Assembly (NCBI GenBank): GCA_964016885.1
Contig: OZ024740.1
Span: 130,572,001 to 130,636,000, forward strand
Length of the DNA stretch: 64,000 nucleotides
Direction of reading: 5' to 3'
Source: Eledone cirrhosa
Lineage: Eukaryota
Shown: positions 27,443 through 43,988 of the stretch, one piece after another
Layout of the letters: each line of letters starts with the position of its first letter
Position numbering within the stretch: the stretch's first letter is position 1
Position numbers and translations under genes: made by a program
The notes under the pieces: model-generated
Seen by the model: the letters and a program-made list of their open reading frames with translations, nothing else
Database searches by the model: none
What the model was told of the DNA's origin: nothing

Positions 27443-30198
27443 GTTCTGGGTTCACTATATTAGATTCTCTATAAGTAACGAGAGTCTACATTTAGTCCAC
27501 TTGTTGGATTAACCAAACTGAGGATATACATCGACTGTCGATCGATATAGGTTATTTCATGAACGGCATGTAATGCATACATTTACATTTATGTAATATG
27601 TGCGGGATGTAGTTGTTGGTCGTAAATGTATATGAAATATCCGCAATTGCTCATATCGGGCTGTGTCGATATAATAAGCACATGGGGTGGCAGGATCCAT
27701 AAGTATTCAACAATGGATGTGTGAAGATTTAAATTATAGCCGTGGCTGTATAATGTGCTGGTTATGCGTTGATTCTATCGGCTTAATCTGTTATCTCCAT
27801 TTGTTATTATGCTATCAATTTAACTATATTTGCAACATGAATGTGTTTAAACTATTATATAACTAATTTAGAATACTTTTGTTTATGTACTAGAAAAGAT
27901 CGCTCTGCCATTATGTGAGTCTCACTGGATACATATGGATTCGTCTTATAAAGGTTAAAAAAAAAGCATGTCAAAATGTTATTGAGAGGACATTTTGAAT
28001 ACAATTTAAAATCCATCTCCGAGTTTGAATATTTTACAAGCAGAATATCATAGTAAGTCAGATCAATTCTCTAAGTTTGTCTTACGTTAAGGCTCAGAAT
28101 ATTTTAATTAAATTGCACGTGGGAATTTAATTGTAAGTAATTAAGTAAGCGAATTCATGAAAGAAATATGTTATCTATTTGTTATATATATTGATAATTA
28201 GGCTTACATTTTCAGCCTTGCATTATTTGATCAGTAATGTTATGTTACAGATTTTGGTAGTTTTTCCCACACATTAATTTATGAGTTCAAATCTCTGATG
28301 CCAATGTTTATCGTTTCTAGGTCAATAACATTTTTTATTATTTAAGAGATTGACTTAAGCATCTGTAAATTTGAGCCAGTTTGCACTGGACTACAGATGG
28401 AACACAAATGTCTACTGAAATATGGAGATTTAGTGACAGGTCCAATGATACATTTGTGGAGTACACTACTATCTCATGAATACTACCTGTCTCTATTATG
28501 CTACATTCTGGAAACACAAACACTTACAAACACGTATAATTACATTCTCACACACACAACCTAATTCACAGCTCTTTATAGGAATGCGTGCGCGCGCGCA
28601 CACACACACTCACGCACAGGTATATACACATACAGTATGTATCAGTTTCACCCATCTTTCTCTCTATCTTTAAGAATGTGAAATTAAAGAGATAAGAATT
28701 AACAAGAAGTTCATCAAATACATTTATAATCGGATATTTCCTCTCGCTATTTAAAGAATTATAGCTGATGAGCCGCAGATCTATCCGCTATAGGATGTGA
28801 GATTATTTACACCACGGCCTTTCATATGCCGATAAAGAATGCATCAAAGTTAAATAGCGAATATTATCGATTCGGTATAATCTAGAACGTTGAAAGCTGG
28901 GCTTCATACATATGAACATGAACGGTTTATACTGTTACCAACATATTAACTTGATTTCTCTATAAAAACATATATTGTGTTTCTGTACATCAAAAACCTC
29001 ACTAATTAAAAAAATGTTGGAATATTTATTCTAAGTATGGTCGTTGTTGGTCTAAAAAACGATTGTATACATAATAAAGGAGGTGGAAATATAGAGTTTA
29101 AACAATAATAATCAGTGACAACTGAAATGCAAATATTGTGGTGCTACTTTTGAATGCACGGTGCAAATCAATATTTAAAATGTTTAAAATTTATTCACAC
29201 ACACTCGATTTTAATATATTTTTGAGACATGGTCAATTATTTATCCGAAGACGCTTTAGAAACATCGTTCTCATATAATGTTATATGTTGTTTGGAATGG
29301 AAAAGAAGCAATTTCGTTATGTCAGAAATAAAATAGAATAATGGTGATGAATGAAATGTGATTTATTGTTTCTGACTTTTTATGAATGTTGTTTTGTTGG
29401 TATGTGATAAATCAGGTGAAGACATGTTTGTTAATTATGTAACAAGGCAATGTATCCCAGTTTGGCTTTAGTATACTGAAGATAAATTAAACTGTTCTGC
29501 GAAACCTAAAACTAATTTAACAATGTTTAACTCATTTAATATGTGTAATATTATGATTAAGTGAACGTTACCAGCCTGGCAAGTAAAGGAATCGCAGCCT
29601 GTAAAATCTTTGCTCCATAAATGCCACGTAAACGTGTTAGACAGAAAGTTATACGTTTTAATTCCAAGTAGGGGCTATATTATTCGCAATGTTAAGAGAA
29701 GGATTTATATTTCATTTAAGTAACACGATTTAAACATTATGCTTGGCATATCGTACTGACTTAACTTAAATCTATAGAACGTCACCGATTTTGTATGGCA
29801 TATTAAGTACACTTTTTCAGTAATATATATATTTATATATAGCTTATATCATGCTGCCATAAAAGCTATCTTTACCTGTGATATACATGATTTTATTCGG
29901 GGTAAAACATATTATAGACTGCGGGAATTGAAATGGCCTGGGTTAGAAGCCGCAGCATATTGCGCTTAAATTCGCTCGCCATATTCGTTCAAATAACCGA
30001 ATGTAATCAATTGTATAATTTTTTATCAGTTAAATATACATTGTAATACTCAAGAAAAGCCTTTGTTTAAGGTGGTGAATCCATGTTTCTACATATCAGT
30101 TTTCAATTCAATTATACATATATGTATATATATATATAAGAGAGTATTGAAGTTTGCTTGAAGCATCGTGGAATCTTAAGTAAATATCTTTAAGTCGT

Positions 30199-31650
30199 TT
30201 GGAAGCCTCGACAACACTGACGAGAACATTGACTTCAGTGTTGAACACCCCAACGAAGACGGGTCACTTGCCCTCCTCGACTTCCGAATCAACATCACGG
30301 AACAGGGAAGGATCCACTGCAACTTCTACCGAAAGGCAGCCTGCAGGGACCTGTTCGTTCACTACAAGTCCTCCCTCCCTAACAGTGCCAAAAGAGGATA
30401 CATCACGAACGAGATCGCGCGAATCAAAAACAGATGCAGCGATCCCGCGAGTGGTGTCACTCATACCAAGCGATTTTTCGAGGTGCTGGAGACGAACGGC
30501 ACCCTACCCGATCACAGACATAATAGAAGGCACCAGACGCAAGAGACAGAGAGGCACCCAAGGCAAGTGCTTCCTTAAAATGCCACACCTGGGCGAGAAT
30601 ACCACCAACGCTATCCGCAAGGCTATACGGAGGGAGGGCTTCGACATCCACCTGACCCACTCGGGCCCCTCCCTGCGAAGATGCCTCTCCAGGAAACCCG
30701 GGAAATCTACTGGCGCATAATCCCTCAGAGACTGCCCGATACGCCATGTGAACTGGTGCCTACGCACATACGTCGTGTATAAGATAGAATGTGACAGGTG
30801 CAACCAATACTACATAGGTAGCACAATCCGACCTTTGCACATCCGGATCAAGGAACATACTAAAACCAGGGCCTCGTCTTTCCGGAAACACATAGACAAA
30901 TGCGGAAACAAAGACGGAAGGCCCATTGTCACAATTCTAGCGACTCAAAGAAACGTCGGCACGTTACGTATCAAGGAAGCGCTTTTTACCAAACGCCTGC
31001 AACCGCAAATAAACAACCGATCAGAGAGAAGCGAAATGAGATGGCTGGTTTAAGCTAACAAACGATGCAGCAACACACACACACGCACACACACAAACGA
31101 GACAACTACACACACACACGCACACACACACACAGTAGCATTCCACCATACGAACATACTACACTGCCAATACAGAGGAACAAGGCAACAGCACACGCAC
31201 AAACAAACACACTCAAGCGAGACAACAACACACGCACACAGACACACAGTAACATTTAACAAACAGGCATAGAATGGACTGACAGCTAGCGCCATCCCAC
31301 TCCCTCATTCGGCCGCTGACCTCTGCCCGACCGACCCCATTTTACGCACACGCGCGTTCTGCCGAATACCTCAGATATTCAAAACAACAAACAGCGGAGG
31401 ACGCGTTTCGCACCTGTCCGACATACAACCTTTCCCCCACCCCGGAAAAATCCCCAGTTGATGGATGTGAATCCGAAATATATAGGGACTATTAAATCTC
31501 TCCCAAGGTAACTCTCTCTCTCGTGTTGTTATTTTGATTTTATCCTTTATACTCTTTCCTTCATTCTTCTACACATCTCATACACACCACGCATCTCAAC
31601 GTATACCCACTTACATCTCTCTCCCACCACTGGATCTTGTTACACGGAGA
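30199..31650 (+). mobile_element. PLE 3' fragment (Penelope/Poseidon-like): RT thumb, GIY-YIG (30748-31053), pLTR with decayed HHR at 31451-31488
   Basis: HLPLLDFRI/FYRK in a shifted frame; VVYKIECDRCNQYYIGSTIRPLHIRIKEH; LRIKEALF..LQPQIN. Confidence 0.85.
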
Positions 31651-31696
31651 TTTATCCATTTGCATTGTCGAGGCTTCCAAACGACTTAAAGTTATT

Positions 31697-31756
<60 letters not shown>

Positions 31757-31896
31757 CATGTATATATGTGAGTATATATATATATATTTTGTTGTTGACA
31801 AATGTAACAATATGCCCAGACATGCAGATATATTGCCCTTGATATGACAGTGTGGTTTTAGCTCCATGTAGGATAAGTAGTATACCACAGAGCTGT

Positions 31897-32200
31897 TATA
31901 GCTATAGGAGTAACCCGTGAGTGCTTCGAAATACATTGTTTTATTAGCTAACAGTGCTTCAGCCATACACCATGGCTGGAATCATCAGAGCCTATAAACA
32001 TCAGTATAGCGCTGGCCTCGGGACCACCCTGCTGGTCCTTTAACCTTGTTCTGGTGACGCAGCTCGATGGGGGTATGCAACCACTGATATACTCATGTTT
32101 ATAGGCTCTGATGATTCCTGCCATGGGGTATGGATGAATCACTTTTAGCTAATAAAACAAAGTATTTATAAGCACTCTTTGGTTATTCATATAACTGTAT
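31897..32200. repeat. Inverted repeat (~115-bp arms), each arm with a decayed HHR (31946-31992 on -, 32104-32150 on +)
   Basis: ggct-CTGATGA-t...t-GAA(G/T)-CACTK-TT-agct in both arms. Confidence 0.7.
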
Positions 32201-32489
32201 ATATATGTATTAATGTTTATGTGCATGCATGTGTCTGTCTGTGTGAGTAGGTGTGTGAATAATATCTGTATGGTAAAAGTCGAGTTAAAATATAAGCATA
32301 TATTAAACGGAGAGCGGGAGAGAACGGCAGAAAGAGAGTCTAAACTTGAGAGGAGAAATGAGAGGTGTATAGATAGAGAGAGAAGAGGAGAGAATACATG
32401 GGAGTGGGAATAATATGGATTAAGCAGAACCTTTCGAGATTAGCGATAAAGTATAATCCGAATTTTGACTATACATATAGTATATAATT

Positions 32490-32627
32490 GGAAAAAATTA
32501 AACGAAATTTCATTTCTCACTCTTAATACGGCTGTTACTTAAATATAAGTATGTATACGTACATACATATATTTATACAGACGTATAGTAGTATGTACAC
32601 ATATACATACATGCACACACACACATA

Positions 32628-32676
<49 letters not shown>

Positions 32677-32890
32677 GTATGGGTATACCGAACATTTATT
32701 ATAATGATCGGTTTGTTTGTAAACAAAAAGCCCGATTTAAGACGTACAGCGTTTAGCAACCATCGTTGCCCTTTTGTTCAACACTGACAAACGAACGATG
32801 TACTCATTTCAAGCTTATTAGCTATCGGCAGCATCGTAAACCTTCCTGCCAGATGATTGAACGTAATACATGTTCGGTAAACCCATACGT
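32490..32890 (-). repeat. Inverted copy of the HHR-containing ~435-bp repeat unit
   Basis: Reverse complement of the units at 34070-35490; HHR at 32795-32837. Confidence 0.8.
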
Positions 32891-32891
32891 A

Positions 32892-33043
<152 letters not shown>

Positions 33044-33124
33044 CATGTATGTGTATATATATATATATATACATACTACTGTACGTATGTATATATATAT
33101 ATGTATATATGTATGTATATATAT

Positions 33125-34043
33125 ATAAAAAAGTGAGTTCTTCATCAGTGACCCTCCAACCGTCCTAGGCATTTCATCGCTTTAAGGGCCATATACCTCA
33201 GGTTGGTGCGAACAACGGCTAAAAAAAGTCGTTGGGACACGTAAATAAAGAGAACGTTAGGGTGAACAAACAAAATGGTTTAAGCAACAGAAAGTGAGAA
33301 GAAAGAGACAAGTCCCAGATTTCTATGAATATAAACTCGATAAAATCGTGAACTAGAGAATAAAGACCATCAGACCTGGTTGAAATGTGAGCAAGGAAGG
33401 AATTTCGCACAGGTCTAACGGGAGGAAGAAGAAGGGGTCTGGTCTGCGAATTCGGTAAACATAAGTTCTGTGAAGACGCAGACGAGAGAGAGAGAGAAAA
33501 ACAATTCATACCGGCTTGGCCAAGAGTGCGCGAGAAAAGAAATCGGACAGGTCAAGCGGGAAGAAAGAGGAGTGGAGGAGAGGTAGTGACAGGGTATGAG
33601 TGAGTGAAAGTTGAGGAAGAGGCTAACAGAGAGAGAGACTGCTAGAAAGGGTAAAGATACAAAGAACGAAACAGACGGGTGGCAGCAGAGGAAAAAATAT
33701 ATGTGTAAATATGATAATAATGGAGCTGCGGCGTTGCAAATGGGTTACATATAAAAAAGTGAGTCCTTCATCAGTGACCCTCCAACCGTCCTAGGCATTT
33801 CATCGCTTTAAGGGCCATATACCTCAGGTTGGTGCGAACAACGGCTAAAAAAAGTCGTTGGGACACGTAAATAAAGAGAACGTTAGGGTGAACAAACAAA
33901 ATGGTTTAAGCAACAGAAAGTGAGAAGAAAGAGACAAGTCCCAGATTTCTATGAATATAAACTCGATAAAATCGTGAACTAGAGAATAAAGACCATCAGA
34001 CCTGGTTGAAATGTGAGCAAGGAAGGAATTTCGCACAGGTCTA
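33125..34043. repeat. Element with a 293-bp near-perfect direct repeat (33125-33417 and 33751-34043; period 626)
   Basis: Seen directly; inserted in a microsatellite of the HHR repeat array; CTGATGA on - at the truncated end. Confidence 0.85.
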
Positions 34044-34069
34044 TGTATGCATATATATATATATATATA

Positions 34070-34896
34070 TATACATACTACTGTACGTCTGTATACATAT
34101 ATGTAAGTCCGTATAGATACTTATATTTAAGTAACCGCTGTACTATGAGTGAGTAATGACATTTCGTTTCATTTTTTCCATTTATCGTTTTCGGTGTGCC
34201 CGGCCGACTGACTCACTTGATATGCAAATTAGGCTGCGTAGCCGTTAATATGCAAAAAGAAAGTATATATTTTCAGACGTTCAATCACCTGGCAGGAAGG
34301 TATACGAAGCTAACGATAGCTAATAAGCTTGAAACTAGTACATCGTTCTTTGCCAGTGTTGAAAAAAATGGCTACGATTGTTGCTAAACATTCTACGGCT
34401 TATATCGGGCTGTTTGTTTACAAACAAACCGAGCATTATGATAATTGTTCGGTAAACCCATACGTACATATATATACGTGTGCATCTATGTATATATATA
34501 TACATACTACTGTACGTCTGTATACATATATGTATGTACATATACATACTTATATTTAAGTAAAAGCCGTACTACGAGTGAGATATGAAATTTCGTTTCG
34601 TTGTTTTCAATTTATCCTATTGGGTGCGCCCGGGCGACTAAGTCACTCGATATGCAAATTAGGCTGCACAGCCGTTAATATGCACAAGGAAAGTATATGC
34701 TTTCAGACATTCAATCATCTGGCAGGAAGGTATAAGAGGCTGACAATAGCTATTAGCTTGAATCTAGTCCATCGTTCGTTTGTCAGTGTTGAACAAAAGG
34801 GCAACGATGGTTGCTAAACACTGTACGGCTAAATTCGGGCTGTTTGTTTACAAACAAACCGAGCATTAAAATAAATGTTCGATAAACGTTACGTAC

Positions 34897-34933
<37 letters not shown>

Positions 34934-35331
34934 CATGTATGTATATATATACATATTACTGTACGTCTGTATACATATATGTATGTACGTATACATACTT
35001 ATATTTAAGTAACAGCCATACTACGAGTGAGATATGACATTTCGTTTCATTTTTTCCATTTATCCTTTTGGGTGCGCCCGGCCGACTAACTCACTCGATA
35101 TGCAAATTAGGCTGCACAGCCGTTAATATGCACAAGGAAAGTATACGACGTTCAATCATCTGGCAGGAAGGTATACGATGCTGACAATAGTTAATAAGCT
35201 TGAATCTAGTACATCGTTCGTTTGTCAGTGTTGAACAAAAGGGCAACGATGGTTGCCAAACACTGTACGGCTAAATTCGGGCTGATTGTTTACAAACAAA
35301 CCGAGCATTAAAATAAATGTTCGGTAAACCG

Positions 35332-35405
<74 letters not shown>

Positions 35406-35490
35406 GTGTGTGTGTGTGCATGTATGTATATATATACATATTACTGTACGTCTGTATACACATATGTATGTACATATACATACTTATAGA
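34070..35490 (+). repeat. Tandem array of three ~430-440-bp units, each with a minimal hammerhead ribozyme and ATGCAAAT octamer (retrozyme-like)
   Basis: HHR motifs at 34304-34346, 34734-34775, 35175-35217; octamers at 34222, 34652, 35100. Confidence 0.8.
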
Positions 35491-35699
35491 GTATATATTT
35501 ATTGATTTATACGTCTTTATACTTTATAAAAGGTGGTTGCTTGTTCTATCTGTCTCTGTCTTTTTTTGTTTTATAAGTTTGGTTCATGCGTCCCTGTATG
35601 TTTTTATCATAACCTTAGTTACTTCTTGTGAAGTTGTTGCCATTTTCTATTTAATTGTTTTTGCTGTTCGGTTTGGTTTGTCGCTTCTGTAATCATATC

Positions 35700-36060
35700 C
35701 ACACACATAAAATACGCTATGCTCTTACAGATTACTTAAGCGACAACATAAAAGAACTCCAAGAAAAATTGCTCGTCATCTTATAAATGAGTATGACATT
35801 TTTGATCAGATTTATAGTTATATTGGTTGGATGGTTAGAATGCTTAATAATGTAATTTAACGTGTTATTATGCTTTCGATACGTGTAGTACAGGCTGTTC
35901 GACATATTGAGTGTGAAATAAAGGACATTCATCACAGATAAGTTGACCTCAACACTAGCTCGTGGTCTTCCCTTATTCAGTGGAAAAATACCATTTTACC
36001 GGCACAAACGCTTCTCTAGATTAGGCAATTCATCTTGATTGAAAAGAGTAAATATAGACC
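35700..36060 (-). pseudogene. Decayed PLE RT-thumb fragment
   Basis: YYTYRKHNNTLNYIIKHSNHPTNITINLIKNV matches YPYRKPNDNLHYIH..NHH.NITNNLVKNI of the 47 kb ORF. Confidence 0.7.
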
Positions 36061-39000
36061 AATATCTTCTGTGATGAAAATATCTAGAACTCTGGAAGTA
36101 TATATAGGATAGAGCTTAAGAACTATATATTTATTTCACATGCATCATTAAATATATTTCGGTGTAAGAGAAGCTATAGATGTAAGGGTGGATGGAGGAT
36201 CCATTTGGATAATATATGTTAAATTAGTGATAAAAAATTGTCAAAAAGCATTTAATATATTAAATATATTTTAATACCTGCTTCAATATATTTCCATATA
36301 TATTCCAAAGAATATGGGTCATCAAAATAGACAAAGCATCGGAAAGTACTATCATACTGTATGTGTATCGTATTAACTATGCAAATATTTTTGAGTTGTT
36401 ATAAATGTTGCTTCAATATGAATTTCATGCACTTATAAACTGAATTTTACAATGAATGTTCAGCTGAATGATTACCAGAATGGTTATCAACAGAAGATGC
36501 ATAAACATTATACTATAGATTATCATTGAAAATGAGTCCGATTATATTTAATCTAAATTATTAAGAAATACGAAGACGATAAATAAATATTATATATATA
36601 ATATTATAAGCATGAATGTAGATCTATTTCAGAATATGATAATTTGTTTGAGATTTTGTATATTGGAATGCCATTTTGAAATTGTACAGATTCAATGTTC
36701 GTTAGATTCTTGGCGGGTATCAATGTTAAAGGGCACATTCGTCAATGCCGCTGACTATACAAAAAAATAATTATTAAATGTTTAAGATCATAATAGATTA
36801 TAAAATCATTAGATCTTAAGAAACTCATTATATTTATAACCCTGTTACATAAATAAAGGCTGTTATTTTATCAATAAATTATATGCGCTCTAAGGTATTT
36901 CAAGAATAATTTGCAAAATTTGAATTTACATGTTCTCGATACATCTTATTGAAGATGGAATACAATGCCATCATTTAGTTTTTAAGTATGACGACTGTAT
37001 ATGACGAGTGCATATGATTTGGTACAACATTCCTTTTACAAAGATAAAGAGTATACTTTATGTTAAGTTTTGCAGCTATTTTCGCACATCAGAATTTCAT
37101 GGAAAGGGAGTTCAAATGTTTCATGTCTAACGTTTGAAAATTTAATTGAGAATAAAATGTCCTCATAGATTGTAGTCAGCATATTAATTTGTTAAATTAT
37201 TATTGGCAAGTTTAATACCATGTAAAAAACCTATTTTACATATTAACTCCGTACGCACCATGGAACAGTATCTTTAAAAACAGTATCTGTAAATGTTATA
37301 TATATAGATAATCTGACTTAAAACTACACATGTGCTGATCTATTGGGAAAATTGAGAGAAATATTTAATAACACATTCTGTCGATCGCTAGTTGATTAAG
37401 TCAATCAACGAACTAAAAAACAAAATAGGCTGCATATTTAAATTAAAAGGAAACGAGCATTATACCGAAAGCTCATTGTATGAAAATGACACGAAGGACG
37501 CAAACTCATTATGAGATCCACAAACATGTTCTCTCGAGAAACAAGAAGTCATTATCTGAAAACAAATTATTAATAACACGTTTCAACGTTTTGAAAATAA
37601 ATATCAATTTACTGTTAGTAATGAAAAGCTATATTATAGTAATGGAAATAGGCATTTCTTTCATTTAATTCAGACATGTTGAATAACTTCCTTATCAACG
37701 TAGATGTTTAGATTTAGAAAATCCAAACAAAACATAGTTGAAGCATAACTGGCAAACAAGGTGATATCAAAAGCAATATCAAAAGGAAAGTATACTCCTG
37801 TTTAAACATTTTAATTAAACAGGCATATTCGGTCAGGAGATCCCCAATTTCAAGTTTCCCGAATTGTCACATTACTATTTTATCTACCTCTCATTTCCTA
37901 ACAAACTTATTTTTATTTTATCGTCCGGCATTGTTTTAAATGTTTTAAAACACGTATTCACGTTTTCATTTCATCTAATGAAAATTGAGCTGTTGAAGTA
38001 TAATTCCCATAAATGGTATTTGCTCCGATATATATATATATGGAGATAGACAAAATTAATTTTAATTCTCAGGTTAGAAGAGATTTCATATTATGTCAAT
38101 AATGTATTGTTTATATTGAAACCGAACGTCGAAATTTGTTTTCATAAGGAAAACACAAGTATATCTTTCATTTCATGGTTATGTAATTGCTAATTGCTTC
38201 AGTTATGTGAATGAATCACTTTAGAAACGTTAATTGTGGCGTCATTATTATCAAGGATAAATATATTTCTCGACTTGAAACTGTTATCTTTCTTTTAGAT
38301 TATTTCTCTTTTAGTCACCTTCAAATAAAGAATGTACATAATCGTAAACTCATTGTGATTGATTCCGAAATTGTTTCATAAATACCAGTTCTCCATGATA
38401 CATCAACAGTTATTTCACCATAATACCCATATGTAGCTGAACCAAAGTAATCAACATTGTGGCGAACAGAAATAATACTTTATTGATATATTCATCGGTG
38501 AGAAACAATGGAAATTTATGATCTTGTATTTCTTAGAATCGCCTTCAATAATTGTCCTCCATATTGTATTCATCTTCTTTCGATTCATGAGATCTAAAGA
38601 TATATTATGATAATTAAATCCATGTATGACTACATGTTATGATATCTCCTTCTATATGAAATATGAAGAATTAATTTCTATATGCATCATATATTTTGAA
38701 AACAGTTTAGTAATTGCTTTCTTTTGTTGGATGATATTCCTTAATATATTTTAATATTGATAATTGGTTTCGTTTAGAATACTTGAGTGACATCTCGGGC
38801 AAAGTCTATAGTGTAATTGTACGAGAAGAATTTGCTACATTAAGTATATGACAACGTAAAGTATATGACAACGTATTGATGTATTCCTTCATGAAGATAA
38901 GTGTATGATATGTATGATTTAAGATATTACAGCCACTCATTTCTACATTACACCTCATTATAATGGATAAATATCTCGATAAACTTTACATTGCCTGTTC

Positions 39001-40193
39001 ATAACCTCCATAACAATAAGCTAAATACATAATAACATAATGTCACAAGCACTTTTATGGCTTCAAAACAAATTCATCCTGTTAGAAAATGTGAAAAAAT
39101 GCATAAGCCGTCAAATTGTATACATCGCTTGTATGTATATATGTATAAATAGATATACTGCAATTATTTGTCACTAAAGGGACAGGACAATTAACAGCAA
39201 CACTTCTGAACCGAATTTTCTCTTTAATCCTATTCTTGCAAACAATAAATTTTGTGAATATTATCGAATTTATATTTTTTTATTTCCATCGTGCCTCTAA
39301 CTCAAACATAATAGCATACAAAGCCTAACATATACATGTTTTTTTTTTATTTTAATTCCGAAGAAACATTTTGCTACGAAAGATGTCATACAACATTCGC
39401 CGATCATACACACATTTTAGAAAGGTACGTATGCGAAATATTTTAAGCGTTACTCTATTATCTGACAACTAATTTAATACCGCCGAGTAAAGACGAGTTC
39501 AGGACATATAAATATAGAATTATCTGATGTAATAATTATCTATAATATTAATGCTATATTGTAGTGACCAGTTTTGTTCTTTTAAGAAATGTAACCATTA
39601 GTATCATCATTAATTGTTTGTTTGTTTTTTCTAATCCTATTTATCAGTAGAACGGACAGATTTTATAAACTCGATAGTCAATCATATCCGGATATTGCGC
39701 AAGAATTGAGAATGCATTAATTTTAAATGTACAGAAATGTCTGGATGCAACAAGACTTGTATTGAAAGTTTTCAATATGCCGCTCACACTTCTTCACATA
39801 CATTTCAAATTCATCTGATGAGCAGTCAAGTAAAATATATCTGGGAAGAAAATGATGGGGCGTTTAATTTAAAGTAATGAATTTCAACAGCACCTCACAT
39901 ATGAATGAAACAACTGGTAGTTGCAAAGATTTTCGGTAACAAGAATGAATATGGATGCATACATTTGTCTGATGTTGCCACCGGGAAAACCTAATATTTT
40001 TCAAGGTTTCGAGAATTGGATACATATCTTAAGAACTCTTTCAAATAATACTTCTTGGACACATGTTTTTGGCTATAGAATATAGAATATATCTTAAATA
40101 ATACGTGTGTAGTATTATTATAAAGAATATGAATATCTATCTATCTGACTATCTGCCTACCACTCTCTCTCCCCCCCTCTCTCTCTCTATCTC

Positions 40194-40286
<93 letters not shown>

Positions 40287-40375
40287 TTATTCCATTTCTC
40301 TGAGGCTTCTTAACACCACTATAAGGCTAAATAATTTATTTAATTTCTTTAGTCAAAATACGGCGTTAGCTTATA

Positions 40376-40413
<38 letters not shown>

Positions 40414-40489
40414 AGATCCCGTTAGGGGGGAAAGCAGCGATTCTTTGCTTAAACTTTAATCTGTTATTTTAATAAATAAATATATATAT

Positions 40490-40799
40490 ATATTGGTAAA
40501 CGGAATAGAAAATGCTGACAAATTGTTGACAGAGAAAAAGAGTTTATTTAGGAATAAGTGATAATTAGTAATGGTATTGTTTAGTATTAAGTTTTGGTGT
40601 AAAGTTTTACCGGTTGCGCATTTCTAATGCTTTTCAAAAATAATTTGAGATGGAGCGTCCGTGATGTCTGTCCTGATCTGAGATCTTAACCAAAACTTAA
40701 TACTAAACAATACCATTACTAATTCTCACTTATTCCTAATTAAACTATTTTTCACTGTGAACAATTTATCAGCATTTTCTATTCCGTTTACCAATATAT
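40490..40799. repeat. Inverted repeat (~110-bp arms at 40490-40598 and 40690-40799) with a decayed HHR in the spacer
   Basis: Arms are visibly complementary; spacer on - reads ...GCAT tagaa ATGC GCAA CCGG TA aaa. Confidence 0.75.
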
Positions 40800-40829
40800 C
40801 ATAACTTGTGTGTTACACCTCTATTCTTT

Positions 40830-40909
<80 letters not shown>

Positions 40910-40914
<5 letters not shown>

Positions 40915-41470
40915 ATTTTGCTCCTAATCATAGATAATATAAGATATTCAATAGAAATGTAGTTAAGATCACTTACTCTTGTTGCCTATCAATGAAGCCT
41001 AAGATCACTAATTCAAATTTTACGAATACAAATCTAGGATACAGTTGCAGGAAGGCGGGTGAATGCCCATTACAAGGCAAATGTAACACCAAATCAGTTG
41101 TTTATGAGACCAAAGTGACACCTTTAATCAACAACCAGCGAGCCAGGAGTGAGCGATATGTTGGCATGACCCAGGACAGGTTTAAAACCAGGTTTTATGC
41201 ACATGTCACTTCTTTTAAGCACTCCGATAAACGAACAGCCACGGCCCTCGCAAGTAAAGTGTGTGAATTCAAGGATAAAAACATCCGTACTCTATCGATT
41301 GGTCTATTTTAGACCATTCGAGGGTGTACCAAAGGGGCGCACAGTATTGTTCTTTCTGTACGACGTAAAAATATAGGATTTTGCTAAATTGAAAGCCACT
41401 TCTGCTTGCCTGAACTCAAAGACCGAGATCTTCAGATGTTGTCCTCATCTGAAATCACATCTGATCTGTA
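40910..41470 (+). pseudogene. Naiad-type PLE GIY-YIG fragment
   Basis: YSCRKAGECPLQGKCNTKSVVY, YVGMTQDRFKTRF. Confidence 0.8.
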
Positions 41471-41673
41471 ACTGGATTGACATTCCTACGATAACTCAAC
41501 CACCTTGAACTCCTTCTCTGCTCTTTTCTTCCACTACGGTTTTTTTTACCTGCTGAATCCACGTTAAGTACTCTCGGATTCTCTTTCTCCCTTATCTCCC
41601 CTTATATTTAAACCTTTTCCTATGTCATTTATTTACCCTTTTTTGTCCCCCCGACTTTCTGCCTTACCCTTCA

Positions 41674-43515
<1,842 letters not shown>

Positions 43516-43883
43516 ATGTATATGCATAATTACATAGATTGATGTAATGCTTATTTTCATTGATCTTTTGCTCCAGGAACTTGTTGAGTGCTCTAAATAT
43601 GCTATAAACATTTATACCCTTTTCTAAATATTTTTTTTTTATATTTATCGTATTCCCAACTTTTTATTTTCATTTTTATTTTTCTATATACAATATTTAG
43701 GTTTTTTTATATATATAATATCTATGTTCTTATATATATATATATATATACAATTATATGTGTGTGTGTGTGTGTATGGATGTATGCATACGTATTAGAA
43801 TGTATATGTGTGTGTTTGTATTTGTATGTATGTGTTTGTGATATGTATGTATATGTATGTGTATGTATGTATGGATATGTACG

Positions 43884-43934
<51 letters not shown>

Positions 43935-43988
43935 TGAAACAAAATGAAAACGAAATTTCATTTCTCACTCTTAGTATGGCACTTACTT

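Noticed and set aside
28766-28825. CTGATGA-GCCG...CGGC hammerhead-like start
   Set aside because: No GAAA, stem III or stem I follows
36100-40100. Possible host exons in unique AT-rich sequence (also 27500-30100 and 4620-4900)
   Set aside because: No ORF with recognisable protein features; small exons cannot be excluded without RNA-seq
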